A stretch of DNA of 64,000 nt from Octopus sinensis. Its lineage: Eukaryota. Both the position numbers and the translations under genes were made by a program. Under the pieces are notes generated by a model. The model searched no databases, was not told where the DNA came from, and was given only the letters and a program-made list of their open reading frames with translations. Below, in pieces: positions 13,029-24,843 of this stretch (position 1 is the first letter of the stretch; every line of letters begins with the position of its first letter). The DNA lies in contig NC_043011.1 in the NCBI RefSeq assembly GCF_006345805.1, positions 11,532,001-11,596,000 of the forward strand, given 5' to 3'.

Positions 13029-13487
13029 CATCAATAAATTAACATGGATATTTTTTTCATCCTTGCTACTGTGTATACATAGGTATACGGGTGTAGAACA
13101 CATCCCCACTTTTGGCACTATTTATTAGTAAACAGTATGAGCTGTGTCTAAAGTGGATACGCACAGCGTATCACTCCGCTGTATTTTGACAGTTCGTAGC
13201 AGGTTAAGCAAAACAAACACGTAAAACAATAACAATGCCTTCATTGAGTTGTCTATGATCCCAACACGAACGAAACAATGCATAACATGGTGGCAGCGGT
13301 AAATAATTAATCGGAAACTGTGCTTTTACAACAAAACAGGAACACAACAAACCAGAAATTTAACAAACTGAATATCGCTTTGTCTTCGGACACACACACA
13401 TGAGGATCCAAAATGGCGACCCCCGTTGCCATACAGATGAATTTACATCTGACCATGAACTGGGACGCCAATGATATCGTGGAAGCG

Positions 13488-13702
13488 GCGAGCTGGCAGA
13501 AACGTTAGCACGCCGGGCGAAATGTTTAGCAGTATTTCGTCTGTCATTGCGTTCTGAGTTCAAATTCTGCCGAGGTCGACTTTGCCTTTCATCCTTTCGG
13601 GGTCGATAAATCAAGTACCAGTTACGCACTAGGGTCGATGTAATCGACTTAATCCATTTGTCTGTCCTTGTTTGTCCTCTCTATGTTTAGCCCCGAGAAA
13701 CA
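13488..13702 (+). mobile_element. SINE family B inserted in Gypsy gag
   Basis: 15-bp TSD GATATCGTGGAAGCG at 13473-87 and 13703-17. Confidence 0.95.
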
Positions 13703-14063
13703 GATATCGTGGAAGCGTTCAAGAAATTCAAACAGAAAACTCAACTGGCTTTCAAAAGTTTCCTGAAAGGTACAACTGCCGATGAAATGGTAAGCTACAT
13801 CCTTTTATGGACGTGAGAGAAGGGCCTAGACCTATTCAATAGCTAGGACATGTCAGAATCGGATTGCAATAACCCAGACATACTTTTAGAGAAATTTGAA
13901 AGGCACCTAGAGCCCAGATCTAACCATAGAATTCACAGATACGAATTCCAGGGCCTGAAACAAGACCCACAAGAAACGATTGACAATTTCCTGTCCAGAC
14001 TAGAGAATGTTGCTGAGAAATGCAGATTCAAAGACAAGGACAAAAGGATTGTTGATCAATTAA

Positions 14064-14371
14064 CCCCTTACCCAACAATTATTTTGAAAATAAATGTATT
14101 TTTTCAGACATATTTTTTAATTGTTTTATTTTACTATGTTTTGAATGGTGATTTCGAGGGATATTTCAAACCTTATTTATTATGAATTTTAATTCAATAA
14201 TATTGATTTTAAATTACCGCTTTGGGCAGAAACGAGTTAACCCATTTTTAGACGAAGAAACTCGTTTGCTGTCGATTTTGGCGAGTCTATCTTTTGACGA
14301 GTTAACTCGCCAGAGATAGAAAAAAACGATTTCGGTCAAAACGCATATATTCGTTTCTGCTGGGTAAGGGG
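14064..14371. mobile_element. piggyBac-type MITE inserted in Gypsy gag
   Basis: TTAA TSD on both sides; TIR CCCCTTACCCA/TGGGTAAGGGG; removing it restores the gag frame DQL-IWGCAHKVVQ. Confidence 0.9.
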
Positions 14372-15214
14372 TTAATATGGGGGTGTGCTCATAAAGTGGT
14401 CCAGAAATCCCTCATAGGTAAGGACGCTCTACAGTTAATAGAAGCAGCAGACACTGCAAGAGCATTCAAAGCCACTACCAAACAAATGGCCTCACTTACT
14501 TTACAAACAAATGCAATAGGCAGCAATGTAGATATTGTATCTAGACATAGGACGAAACATACCCACAAACAAAGAACATGCCAGTACTGTGGTACGGCGC
14601 ATGAGTTCAATGACCGGAGGAAATGTCCTGTATTCGGTACACACTGCAAAGTATGTGGAATGCCCAACCACTGGGAAAAGATGTGTAGACTAACAAAGTC
14701 TCAGAAATACAAGACCCAATTTTCAAAGAGGAGCAGAAAGAGAAGACAAAGAGATATACATGCCCAACAACAGGAACAAAACACCTCAGAAGAGGAATTC
14801 TTGGCAGTCGGCACAATAAATGTGCATGAGATGGGAAATGACGACCAGAAAAAAAATGAGGCATACACAACTATACAAATACAAAACAAGTCAGGCAAGA
14901 AATGAATAAACATTGACTTAAGGCTAAAGATTGACACTGGAGCCCAGAGTGATATCTTGCCTGTCAATCTCTACAAGAAGATGTTCCCAGAACACATGAC
15001 TACCCATATACACATGTACATACGTACAGATATATATTAATATGCTCACATTCACACCTGTTCACACACAGAGACATACCCAAACAGACTCAGACATGTA
15101 CAAACATCTATTATTTTTTTTTATAAGCTTGTCCACTGTTGTTAACAATGACGAAGGACATCACATGGGAGAAGACGAGGCAGAATGTGTCCAGCTATGG
15201 CCAATCAGTCTGTG

Positions 15215-15528
15215 TGGAGGCACATGGCCTAGTGGTTAGAGCAGCAGACTCGTGGTCGAGGGATCGCGGGTTTGAATCTCAGACCGAGCGATGTGTGTGT
15301 TTATGAGCGAAACACCTAAGCTCCATGCGGCTCCGGCAGAAGGTAATGGCGAACTTCTGCTGACTCTTTCGCCACAACTTTCTCTCACTCTTTCTTCCTG
15401 CATCTTGCAGCTCACCTACGACGGACCGGTGTCCAGTCCAGCTGGGGAACCTATACGCCAAGGAAACCAGGAAACTGGTCCTTATGAGCCACGCATGGCT
15501 TGGGAAGGAACAAACAAAAGCAAAACAA
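15215..15528 (+). mobile_element. SINE family D
   Basis: 12-bp TSD AATCAGTCTGTG at 15203-14 and 15529-40. Confidence 0.92.
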
Positions 15529-15540
15529 AATCAGTCTGTG

Positions 15541-15845
15541 GCAGAGCTCAGAAGGCTCTGCCACAGATCAGGCCCTGGTAGTCTATTGGGACTGATGGCA
15601 AGGAGCTGGCTCTAGACTTGCATAGTTTGCATCCATTTGTGCCCCTGCAATCTTATTCTGTTTGTAGGAGGTGCATCCCTGGTGGTGCAGCTTCACTAGG
15701 CAAGGAAGTTATGTGCTTGCATTTCTCAGAACTCAAGGCTGATCTCAAAGCACTTCAGTGAGGCTTTGAGAATGTCCTTGAAGAACTTTTGTCGACCCTG
15801 TGTACATTTGCCTTCCATCAGTTTGCAGTCAATACAAGTCAATGG
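15541..15845 (-). mobile_element. RTE/BovB-like LINE ORF 3' fragment
   Basis: CKLMEGKCTQGRQKFFKDILKASLKCFEI resembles the RTE C-terminal GxRxxGxQKKRFKDxLKxSL motif. Confidence 0.65.
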
Positions 15846-16311
15846 AAATAAAGAAAGCTAGCTCATGAGAGATCACCAGAACACCATGGTTACACCAATG
15901 ATTAACTTGATGTGTATATATATATGTGTGTGTGTGTTTATTTTATTGTCTGCTTGCCTTGACATCAAGCAGTAGCTTTAAGTGAGTGTCACTGTCATGC
16001 AAGAGGTGTTCTTTGTTTCCAGTCTTTCATGTAATCATGTCTGGGTATGGTAAAATATTACCTTATTTGGAGGAAAGTGAGGGTTGGTGACAGAAATGGT
16101 ATCCGGCTATACAAAATCTGTGTGAAAAGCATGGAAACATGGATGTTTCACATATATATTACATAAATAATATTTTCAATTCAGATGCTACAACCATATA
16201 TGACTTCAAGAGTTTCAATTCTGTGAATATACATAATATTTACATGATTGCTGACATGGGTATGCTAGTAATAATAATGCAGAAGGCCACCAAGTTTGGT
16301 GTGAGGAGAAA

Positions 16312-16712
16312 GTTGATTACATCGACTCCTGTACTCAAGTAACAGGTACTTATTATTTTACTCCGAAAGGATGAAAGGTAAAGTCAGCCTTGGCACAATT
16401 TGAACTCGGACTATAAAGATGGACAAAATGCCACTAAGCATTTTGCCTGGTGTGCTAATGATTCTGCCAGCTTGCCACCTTATGCTACTACTAATAATAA
16501 TAATCCTTTCTATTCTAGGCACAAAGCCTGAAATTTAGGAGAGGGGACTAGTTGATTAAAGCAACTCCTCATCTGGTACTTATTTCACTGACCCTGAAAG
16601 GATGAAAAGCAAAGTTGACCTTGGTGGAATTTGAACTCAGAACATAAAGACAAACAAAATACTGTTAAGCATTTTGCCCAGTGTGCTAACAATTCTGCCA
16701 GCTGGCCACCTT
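16312..16712 (-). mobile_element. Two old, diverged family-B-like SINEs
   Basis: GAAAGGATGAAAGG/AAAGTTGACCTTGG reverse core in both, separated by (AAT)n. Confidence 0.6.
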
Positions 16713-17290
16713 ATGCAAGTAATAATAATAATAAAGAAATAACAATAGTGATAAAAATGATTACAATAACAAGCACTCTAATGCACCCAAAGTGGCTCCT
16801 ACATTACGGCACAATAAATGACATGAGTTCATTTAACATGCAATAAAAGTTTACTGAGTACATGGGGCAGGAGGAGGAGGAGAGTGGGGGGAAGGATACC
16901 AATACAAAGGTATGGACTACCTCGAGCAGATGTTATGCAGGCACCTCAGGCAATGTTTACCAGCTCATCTTGCTTATTGATTAGGGAAAGGCCATCAGCT
17001 GTGATTATGGTGATGACCCCATGTAGGCAAGGTCTGCACTAATGTCTAGGAGGTCAGTAGGGAGAAGCCACATTGATGATAACAGACCAGTCGGTTTTAC
17101 AGTCGACTCCTTTTGCCTTCAGACTGAATATGTGTTCGACTAGGGATGTAGACAACTGATGTTTGACATTTTTAAATGAGTGTTGGTGTGTGTGGAAATC
17201 ATCCTCCTAATGAGTCTGACCATGGATCTGAAATAGTAACGAGTGGCATTGTGAGTTACTACTTTCTTATTATTGATGTGCTCTTATATA

Positions 17291-17650
17291 TAGGGAGAGT
17301 TTATGAAGAAAACAAAAGGCGAATACAGATGGTGTACAAAACAAACAGATGTATTAGTATAATGCTCAGGAATAGAAAAAGTCTTTTATGTTTCGAGCCT
17401 ACGCTCTTCTACAGAAAGGGACACAGAAAAAACAAGGAGAGAAACAAGGATATATATATATAGGGAGAGTTTACGAAAAAAAAGACATAGACTGGTGGTG
17501 TACAAAACAAACAGATGTATTAGTATAATGCTCAGGAATAGAAAAAGTCTTTTACGTTTCGAGCCTACGCTCTTCTACAGAAAGGTACACAGAAAAAACA
17601 AGGAGAGAAAAAAATTTTGTGTAGTGGCTAACAATCTATCATGGCGACTA
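17291..17650 (-). ncRNA. 170-bp tandem repeat with candidate minimal type-I hammerhead ribozyme fold (retrozyme/Penelope-associated)
   Basis: Units start at 17291 and 17461; minus strand 17585-17547 reads CTTT-CTGTAGA-A-GAGC GTAG GCTC-GAAA-CG-TA-AAAG; the core has A6>U, so activity is unproven. Confidence 0.4.
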
Positions 17651-17714
17651 GTGCCAGACAGAAGGATCAAACACCAGAAGGGTCAAACACGAGAAGGAAA
17701 GTAGAGGAGATAAC

Positions 17715-18240
17715 AAGGTAAAGATGACCCCCAACACAAAGGTGTGTGTGTGTATAAGAGAGTATGTATGTGCGTGTGAAGGAGGGCTGGTGGTCTGGAC
17801 GTGTGCGTGTATGTATGTGTAGGTGTGAAGATGCGGGGATGGGTGTGTGGGTGGTGTGTTGTGATGTGATGTGTAATGTTGTATGGTGTGGTGTGGTGTG
17901 ATGTTGTGGGGAGGTGAAGGGGCGAGAGTGGGGAAAGCATGGGTGGAGTGTGGGTTCGGCTGGGGGTTGGGGTAGAGTTGGGGTTTGAGGGTAGGCAGAG
18001 GGTGGGGGTAGAGGTGGGGTATGTGGGGGAGGGGTGTGGGATGGGATGGGGTGTGGGATAGGATGGGAGGATGGGAAGGATAGGCAAGTTGGAGTAGGGA
18101 TGTGTAGGTGTGGGTGGGTTTATGGAGGAGGGGAAGGTGGGTATGTGAAGAGAAAGAGGAGGAGAAGAGAGAAAGAGAGAAGAGATAAAGAGAGGGTAAA
18201 AGAGTGGGAGAGAAGAGGGACACTGTGTGGATATGCAATG
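17715..18240 (+). repeat. G/purine-rich low-complexity tract ((GT)n, G-runs, (GA)n)
   Basis: Many GGG-GGGGG runs in 17930-18140; explains the 239-aa and 193-aa low-complexity ORFs. Confidence 0.85.
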
Positions 18241-18354
18241 GTGAGTGTTTAATGTGATTAACAATAAGAGCCGAAATTTCTATGGAATAATTATCATGTA
18301 ATGAACACATCCAATCAAAGTGTGTGTGAGTGTGTGTGTGTGTGTAAGTGCATA

Positions 18355-19760
18355 GAGTAGTGGCCAAAATTATAGAATTAAAATAAAATTTAAAGATATT
18401 TACATTTCTACTTCATTTTCATAGAAAATGATTAATAACTAAATATTTTATATTAGAAAAAAACGTTTATTTGAGAAATACAAGATGGACAAAATTAGAG
18501 AACATATTGTGTAAAATTCAAAAAGCAAAATCTGGCAACACTCCTCTGACCAATGTAAACTATGCTGACCTAACAGTGTGAACATTTATATAGAATGGTA
18601 GTGAATTAACAACCATGGAAAGCTGACATAAAGTTCATGAAACCCTCAGGAAGCAAGTGGTCATATTGGAAAAAGAAGGAATGGCAATTTCTGCTATCAC
18701 TAGAGACATTAACAGATCAAAGAGTGTTGTTTCAAGAATACTCAAGATTTATGAAGAAACAAGCTTGTTTGTGCCATTAGAAAAACAAGGGAGACCATGG
18801 AAAATAAGTGTTCGGCAAGACTGTGTGATTCAGAGGCTGTCATTAACCCTTTCGTTACCAACCTGGCTGAAACTGGCTCTGGCTCTAAGTATAAATGTTT
18901 TGTTTTCATAAGTTTTGAATTAAAATCTTGCACCACACCTTAGTCACAATTTATGTTCCTAATACTAGCTTAATGATAACTGAGTTATTTTACTAAATTC
19001 TTTGTTATATTTAAAGTAATTGAAAGCAACACAGAGCACCTCAAAATAAATACAGTAATGAAAGGGTTAAGAGACCATTTCGATACTGCTGCAGGAATTT
19101 CTTACCAAGTAAATTGCGACTGCAGAATGAACGTGTCTCAGAAGACTGTGACTTACTGTTTGAAGGAAGTTGAACTTCATGCCCATTCCTCTGCCAATAA
19201 ACCTCTCATCAGTAGGAAGAACTGAAAAGCAAGGTTAGTCTTTGCCAACAAGCATAATATTTTGGACAGACGACAACTGGTTGCAGTGATGAAAGTAAGT
19301 TTGATTTGGTTGGCTCCAATTCTGGTCAATATGTGAGATGTAAAAGTGAAAGATTGCTCCCTAAATGCATGAAAAAACAGTTAAGTTTGGAGGTGGGTGT
19401 TTAATAGTGTGGGGAATGATTTCCACAGCAGGTGTGGGACCTTTGATCCAGATCCATGATAATGTGAATGCAGCCATATACACAAACATCATTCTGCAAC
19501 ATGTGCCAGCTACAAAGTCATCTCCAACTCATCAGCCAATCTTTATGCAGGATAATGCACCATGTCACGGTGCTAAAATAGTTAAGGAGGTATTTGAAGC
19601 TGAAAACCTTACTGTGATGCATTAGCCAGCTCAAGGCCCTGACCTTAATCCCATTGGAAACTTTATGAAGGATACTTGTCGATAAAATCAGAGAGAACTG
19701 ATTTGTGTATGTTACAATTTTGTGGGAAAAACTTCAGGAAGGATGGAATAAAATTATGTC
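18355..19760 (+). mobile_element. Tc1-like (DD34E-type) transposon relic
   Basis: TVKFGGGCLIVWGMIS, IFMQDNAPCH, PAQGPDLNPI; left TIR-like AGTAGTGGCCAAAATTAT; interrupted by a MITE. Confidence 0.85.
18847..19066. mobile_element. piggyBac-type MITE inserted in Tc1
   Basis: TTAA TSDs 18843-46 and 19067-70; TIR CCCTTTCGTTAC/GTAATGAAAGGG; excision restores QRLSLRDHFDTAAG. Confidence 0.9.
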
Positions 19761-19770
19761 AGACGGAGTG

Positions 19771-19935
19771 GTTGGCCACTCACGGAGTGGTTGGTGTTAG
19801 GAAGGGCATCCAGCTGTAGAAACACTGCCAGATCAGACTGGGGCCTGGTGCAGCCTTCTGGCTTCCCAGATCCCGGTCAAACCGTCCAACCTATGCTAGC
19901 ATGGAAAGCGGACGTTAAACGATGATGATGATGAT
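19771..19935 (+). mobile_element. RTE 3'-end copy (family C)
   Basis: Family motif plus (GAT)n tail. Confidence 0.85.
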
Positions 19936-20881
19936 GAATGTGAGAAATTGGTCAAATTTTGTACATGGAAATGTGCTAAAGTCATTAAAAATAAAGAAAC
20001 ATATACATCTAATTAATATATTAATGTGGATTGTAAAAGTTTCTGGCAAAATTTTTTATTTCTTGAATTTTACATCATCATCATCAATTAACGTCTATGT
20101 TCCATGCTAGTGTGGATGGGACAGTACCACAAGAGTCAACCAGGCTAAAGCCTGCACCAGACTTCTGTGACTGTTTTGGCAGGATTTTTACAGCAGAGTG
20201 GATTTAGTGCTTTTTATGTGGCACAAGCACGAGCGAGGACAGTTTTGGTAAGGTTTTTACAGCTGGATGCCCTTCCAAACACCAACCACTTTACAGTGTG
20301 GACTGGGTGCTTTTAAGTGGTACCTGCACTGACAGGGTCACCAAATACATGCCAGATAAAAACTTTTAAGAGGGGAGGAGGCATTGGAGGAAGTGATGAT
20401 GAAAAGGCTATAGTGAGACAGAAACAGGTGTCTTGCTGTAGAAGAAGAACAAAGTTACCTGGCCGAAGAGAGAAACAGGTGTGCTACCACAATGAAAATA
20501 CACGGGTGCCCAACCTGAGGGAAGTGAAGGAAAAAGAGAGAGCTGAGTGGGAGACTGCAGGATGGAGATGGTGGCAAAATGCCAGGCATATTCACTAGTC
20601 CAGGGTTGAAGAAGCTTAAATCAAGAAAGATCTCTCTAGTACCATGATAAAATCCTCTATGTAACTTTTATTCTACTGGTGAGGATAGTTTGATATACTA
20701 TCTGGATTTCGGGTGCCTTCAACCAGAGGATTACACAATTTCTTGATATATTGATTCCTACTGCCCTTTCCTTCCATAAATATAGGATTTTAAAAAACCC
20801 ACTTGCAGGGAATGAAACAGTGATTAGTAACAATTGAGAAGTTGTGATTTTTTTTGTCTCCACCGCAAAAACTACAGGAAA

Positions 20882-21281
20882 TCTTTATATATAAAAGAGA
20901 GGTTGTGTGCTGTCTGTCTCCTACGATTTAGATTCCTAACTACTCCCACATTTTGCGGTGCAGTTTAACCAAAACCGGGTATCTTATAGTCGTGATTCAT
21001 ATCGAGCCCTTCTGGGTATTAGCGCGCGTCTATGATGAGTCTACGATTTAAAAAAAAATTTACCATCAATTTTTCCCATTTTTTAATGCATTTTTGGCAT
21101 ATATAAGGGAAGTAACTCTCTAAAAATTTATTATTAAATCTCAGAACGTAAAAAGCTACAGTAACATCCCCCCCCCTTTGTGGTTAGCCATATTGAGATG
21201 GCTATTATACTTTACATCTCTAAAAATGCTTATATAGTTATTTCCCTTACAAACCCGAGCAATGCCAGGCGATACTGCTAG
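20882..21281 (+). mobile_element. Non-autonomous Helitron
   Basis: A|TCTTTATATATAAA start; CCCGAGCAATGCCAGG sub-terminal hairpin-like motif; CTAG|T end. Confidence 0.75.
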
Positions 21282-21423
21282 TAATCAATAAAATATGAAT
21301 AAAACTCAATCCATTGAATAATTTTACTTCCTACGTACAAACAATTATATATTTAGTTCAATCTGGACACTCACTACTATGTTAGTGGTGACAAAGGGAT
21401 CAAAGGTATTTGTTGGGTTTATA

Positions 21424-22938
21424 CTACTATCCCAAAGTTTAAGATTGCCTATACTTATTTCAAAAAAAACATCTACAAAATGAGAAATAACTGAGAGATT
21501 CTGGTGGAATATTTTATTAATGTACAGTTATATTCATTAGGTGACATAATTAACTCAGTAAGTAAACAAAGCTGTGAAAAATTAGAGAAAAACTCTGAAT
21601 CTTAGATTCATTGAAATATCGGCCCTTGGCCTTGATCACTGCTGAGCATACTCTGGGCATTCTTTTAACCAATGAAAGCAAATGTTCGCTGATAATATTT
21701 TGCCACTCTTTTTGTAAGAGTGTCCAAAGGTTTCTGCACTACTTGGTTGTTGCCTTTTGACTCTGCAATCCAATTCATCCCCCACACTTTCACTGGGATT
21801 GTAATCAGGGAATTGGGATGGCCATTCCATTACAGTCAACTATTTTTTCATTCATTTTCTTCTATAAATAATTTTTGCATAGCTTAGAAGTATGTTTAGG
21901 AGTGTTATCTTGAATGAGCATGAAATTATCACCGATCAGCCTCATCCCAGATGGAATGGCATGATGCTGAAGGATAGATTGATACCCATTTTGATTCAAT
22001 ATTTCTGTTACTCAATGAGTATCCTCAACACTATTGCCTGCAAAACACCCCCAGTTCATCACACTTCCCCACCATGCTTTACAGTTGGAACTATACACTC
22101 AGGAGTCATCCATTCACTAATTCTGTGTCTCACATAAACTCTATGCTAGGATCTGAAGATTTCAATCTTTAAGTCATCAGACCAGAGGACTCTTTCCTGT
22201 TGAGCAATGGCCCAAGTTTGGTATTTTCTGGCGCATATGAGTTGCTTACCTTTATTCACAGGTTAAAGCAGTGGTCTTCTAGCAGCACAATGGTCATTTA
22301 GACTGGCAGCAACGAGTCTTCTCCACATGGTTGTAGGAAACACATTAGCTTTGCCAGCTTCATTTACTTGTGGAGCAATTTCATTTGCTGCCAGGCACCT
22401 GTTTCAAAGACTGGTGACTCTGATGAACTTATCCTGTGATTTAGAAGTCACTTTCGGACGATCTAACCAAGCTCTGTTGTTATTTTTACCTGTCGTTATA
22501 CCTTACAATGGTGGAGTGGATGGCAGTGTAGGAAACTTTAACTTTCTTGGCTACATCTCGAAAACTATAGCCTTCATTGTGTAATGTGACAATGTTTTGT
22601 CTCTTTTCAGGTGATCAATAACTGATTTTGCCCATATTCAGGTTGATTTTTAGGAATTTCACTAATTTAATTTATTTTAAATAATTGAACCTGAAAGAAG
22701 GAGTGTAAATAATCAAAATGAATGGCAATGTTGCCAAAAAGTGGATGCTAAAATGATTTTGACAACATTGCCAAATAGGCTTGCTTTCAAGAAATATGAT
22801 TATTTGCATATAAAATATGTATAAATAGTGTTATTCCACATTGAATAAACCTCAAACTTTATGCAATATGTTATTCCATATTTTTATACCAAAAAATTAT
22901 CTAAATTGATGACACTGAAATTAACTTTTGGACAGTAG
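21424..22938 (-). mobile_element. Tc1-like transposon with both TIRs, decayed ORF
   Basis: TA-flanked TIRs CTACTATCCCAAAGTT / AACTTTTGGACAGTAG; MTVMEWPSQFPDYNPSESVGDEL matches WPSQSPDLNPIExxW. Confidence 0.85.
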
Positions 22939-23038
22939 TATATAAGTCATGAATATATGCAGAGGTTGATACTAAATGTTGTGATTGTGTTTGCTCCCTC
23001 CCCTCCCTGCTACCTGACGATCGGTGTTGGTTTGTTTA

Positions 23039-23444
23039 CTCTCTTTACTCTTTTACTTGTTTCAGTCATTTGACTGCGGCCATGCTGGAGCACCGCCTTT
23101 AATCGAGCAACTCGACCACGGGACTTATTCTTTTGTAAGCTCAGTACTTATTCTATCGGTCTCGTATGCCGAACCACTAAGTGACGGGCGACATAAACAC
23201 ACCAGCATCGGTTGTCAAGCAATGCTAGGGGGACAAACACAGACACACAAACACACACACACATATATATACATATATACGACGGGCTTCTTTCAGTTTC
23301 CATCTACCAAATCCACTCACAAGGCTTTGGTCGGCCCAAGGCTATAGTAAAAGACACTTGCCCAAGGTGCCACGCAGTGGGACTGAACCCGGAACCATGT
23401 GGTTGGTAAACAAGCTATTTACCACACAGCCACTCCTGCGCCTA
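23039..23444 (-). mobile_element. SINE family A
   Basis: Full-length, close to consensus. Confidence 0.9.
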
Positions 23445-23971
23445 CATTGCACTCCTCCTTACATTGCATAACTTAGTGGCTCTACAAAAGAGACCAATAG
23501 CATAAATACCAAACTTTAAACAAATAAGTACTGGGGCAATTTGATGAACTAAATCTTTCAAAGAAGTACCCCAGCATGGTTACAGTCCAATGACTAAAAC
23601 AGGTAAAAGATAAGAGATCAGATTGATATGGCATGTGAAGAAAAATATAATTACTGTTTGACTACATCAAAAGGTTTGGAACAATATATTTTCTTACAAT
23701 AGGTGCGGGCATGGCTGTGTGGTTAGGGAGCTTGCTTCCTAGCTATATGGTTTCGGGTTCAGTCCCACTGCGTGGCACTTTGGGTAGGTGTCTTCTGCTA
23801 TAGCCCCAAGCCGACTGAAGCTTTGTGATTGAATTCGGCAGGCGGAAGTTACTGCCGTGTGTGTATATGTGCGTGTAGGTGCTTGTGCCTCTCCGAAAGA
23901 GAGAGAGAGAGTAAGTTAATTATGGTCTTTTGGTAATTTCTTATTATTAAAGCAAAAGTTCAATCTCTTAC

Positions 23972-24151
23972 CTAGTTGTTGCTTCATGTTTAATTGAACT
24001 GAATTTAAGTGAGCTTTAGCAGCATACAGTTTGCAAATTGCTTTTTTAGAATGGACTAGCTCCTTAGCAAGAATCACACAAGCTTCCTTTTCACCTTTCT
24101 TGGCAGAATCTTTTAGAGAGCGTTTAGTTTTTTCTTCTTCTCTTTTGATAG
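23972..24151 (-). CDS. CHMP3: CHMP3 coding exon 3
   Basis: AAACAG acceptor, GTAAGA donor; IKREEEKTKRSLKDSAKKGEKEACVILAKELVHSKKAICKLYAAKAHLNSVQLNMKQQL, Snf7-family helices closely similar to CHMP3; 180 nt, phase 1-1. Confidence 0.97.
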
Positions 24152-24459
24152 CTGTTTAAAAATAGAAAAGTAATGTTAATGAAAGTCAGAATAACAGTGA
24201 TGATAATTGTTTCTAACATAGGTACAAGGCCAAAAATATTAAGTTGATTAAATTGGATTAGTACTTGGACTACTAGTTTTATTTTATCAGCTAGCAAGAT
24301 TTGAGCTCAAAATGTAAAGAGCCAGAACAAGTAATGCAAAACATCTTATCCAACACTAATAAATTTGCCAATCCACCTCACTAAAGAAAGGGAATAATGT
24401 TTCTAACATACACACAAGGACAGAAATTTGGAGGGAAAGGGCCAGCCAATTATGGATGG

Positions 24460-24843
24460 AAGAACTCCGTCGGTTACGACGACGAGGGTTCCGGTTGATC
24501 TGATCAAACGGAACAGCCTGCTCGTGAAATTAACGTGTAAGTGGCCGAGCACTCCACAGACACGTGTACCCTTAACGTAGTTCTCGGGGATATTCAGCGT
24601 GACACAGAGAGTGACAAGGCTGGCCCTTTGAAATACAGGTACAACAGAAACAGGAAGTAAGAGTGAGAGAAAGTTGTGGTGAAAGAGTACAGCAGGGATC
24701 ACCACCATCCCTGCCGGAGCCTCGTGGAGCTTTTAGGTGTTTTCGCTCAATAAACACACACAATACACGGTCTGGGAATCGAAACAGCGATCCAACGACC
24801 GCGAGTCCGCTGCCCTAACCACTGGGCCATTGCGCCTCCACAG
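24460..24843 (-). mobile_element. Chimeric SINE: family-D-like head and body with family-E-like tail
   Basis: Head matches 290-596 and 15215; tail matches 2859-3050. Confidence 0.8.

Larger units (their letters stand above)
13130..14998 (+). mobile_element. Ty3/Gypsy LTR retrotransposon relic (LTR end, PBS, gag, protease start)
   Basis: ...AACA|TGGTGGCAGCGG PBS-like site 13288-99; gag ATG 13413; zinc knuckles CQYCGTAHEFNDRRKC and CKVCGMPNHWEKMC; protease KIDTGAQSDILP at ~14927; truncated. Confidence 0.85.

Noticed and set aside
17648-18367. 239-aa and 193-aa His/Pro/Thr-rich ORFs
   Set aside because: Products of the G/GT/GA low-complexity tract; no splice or domain support
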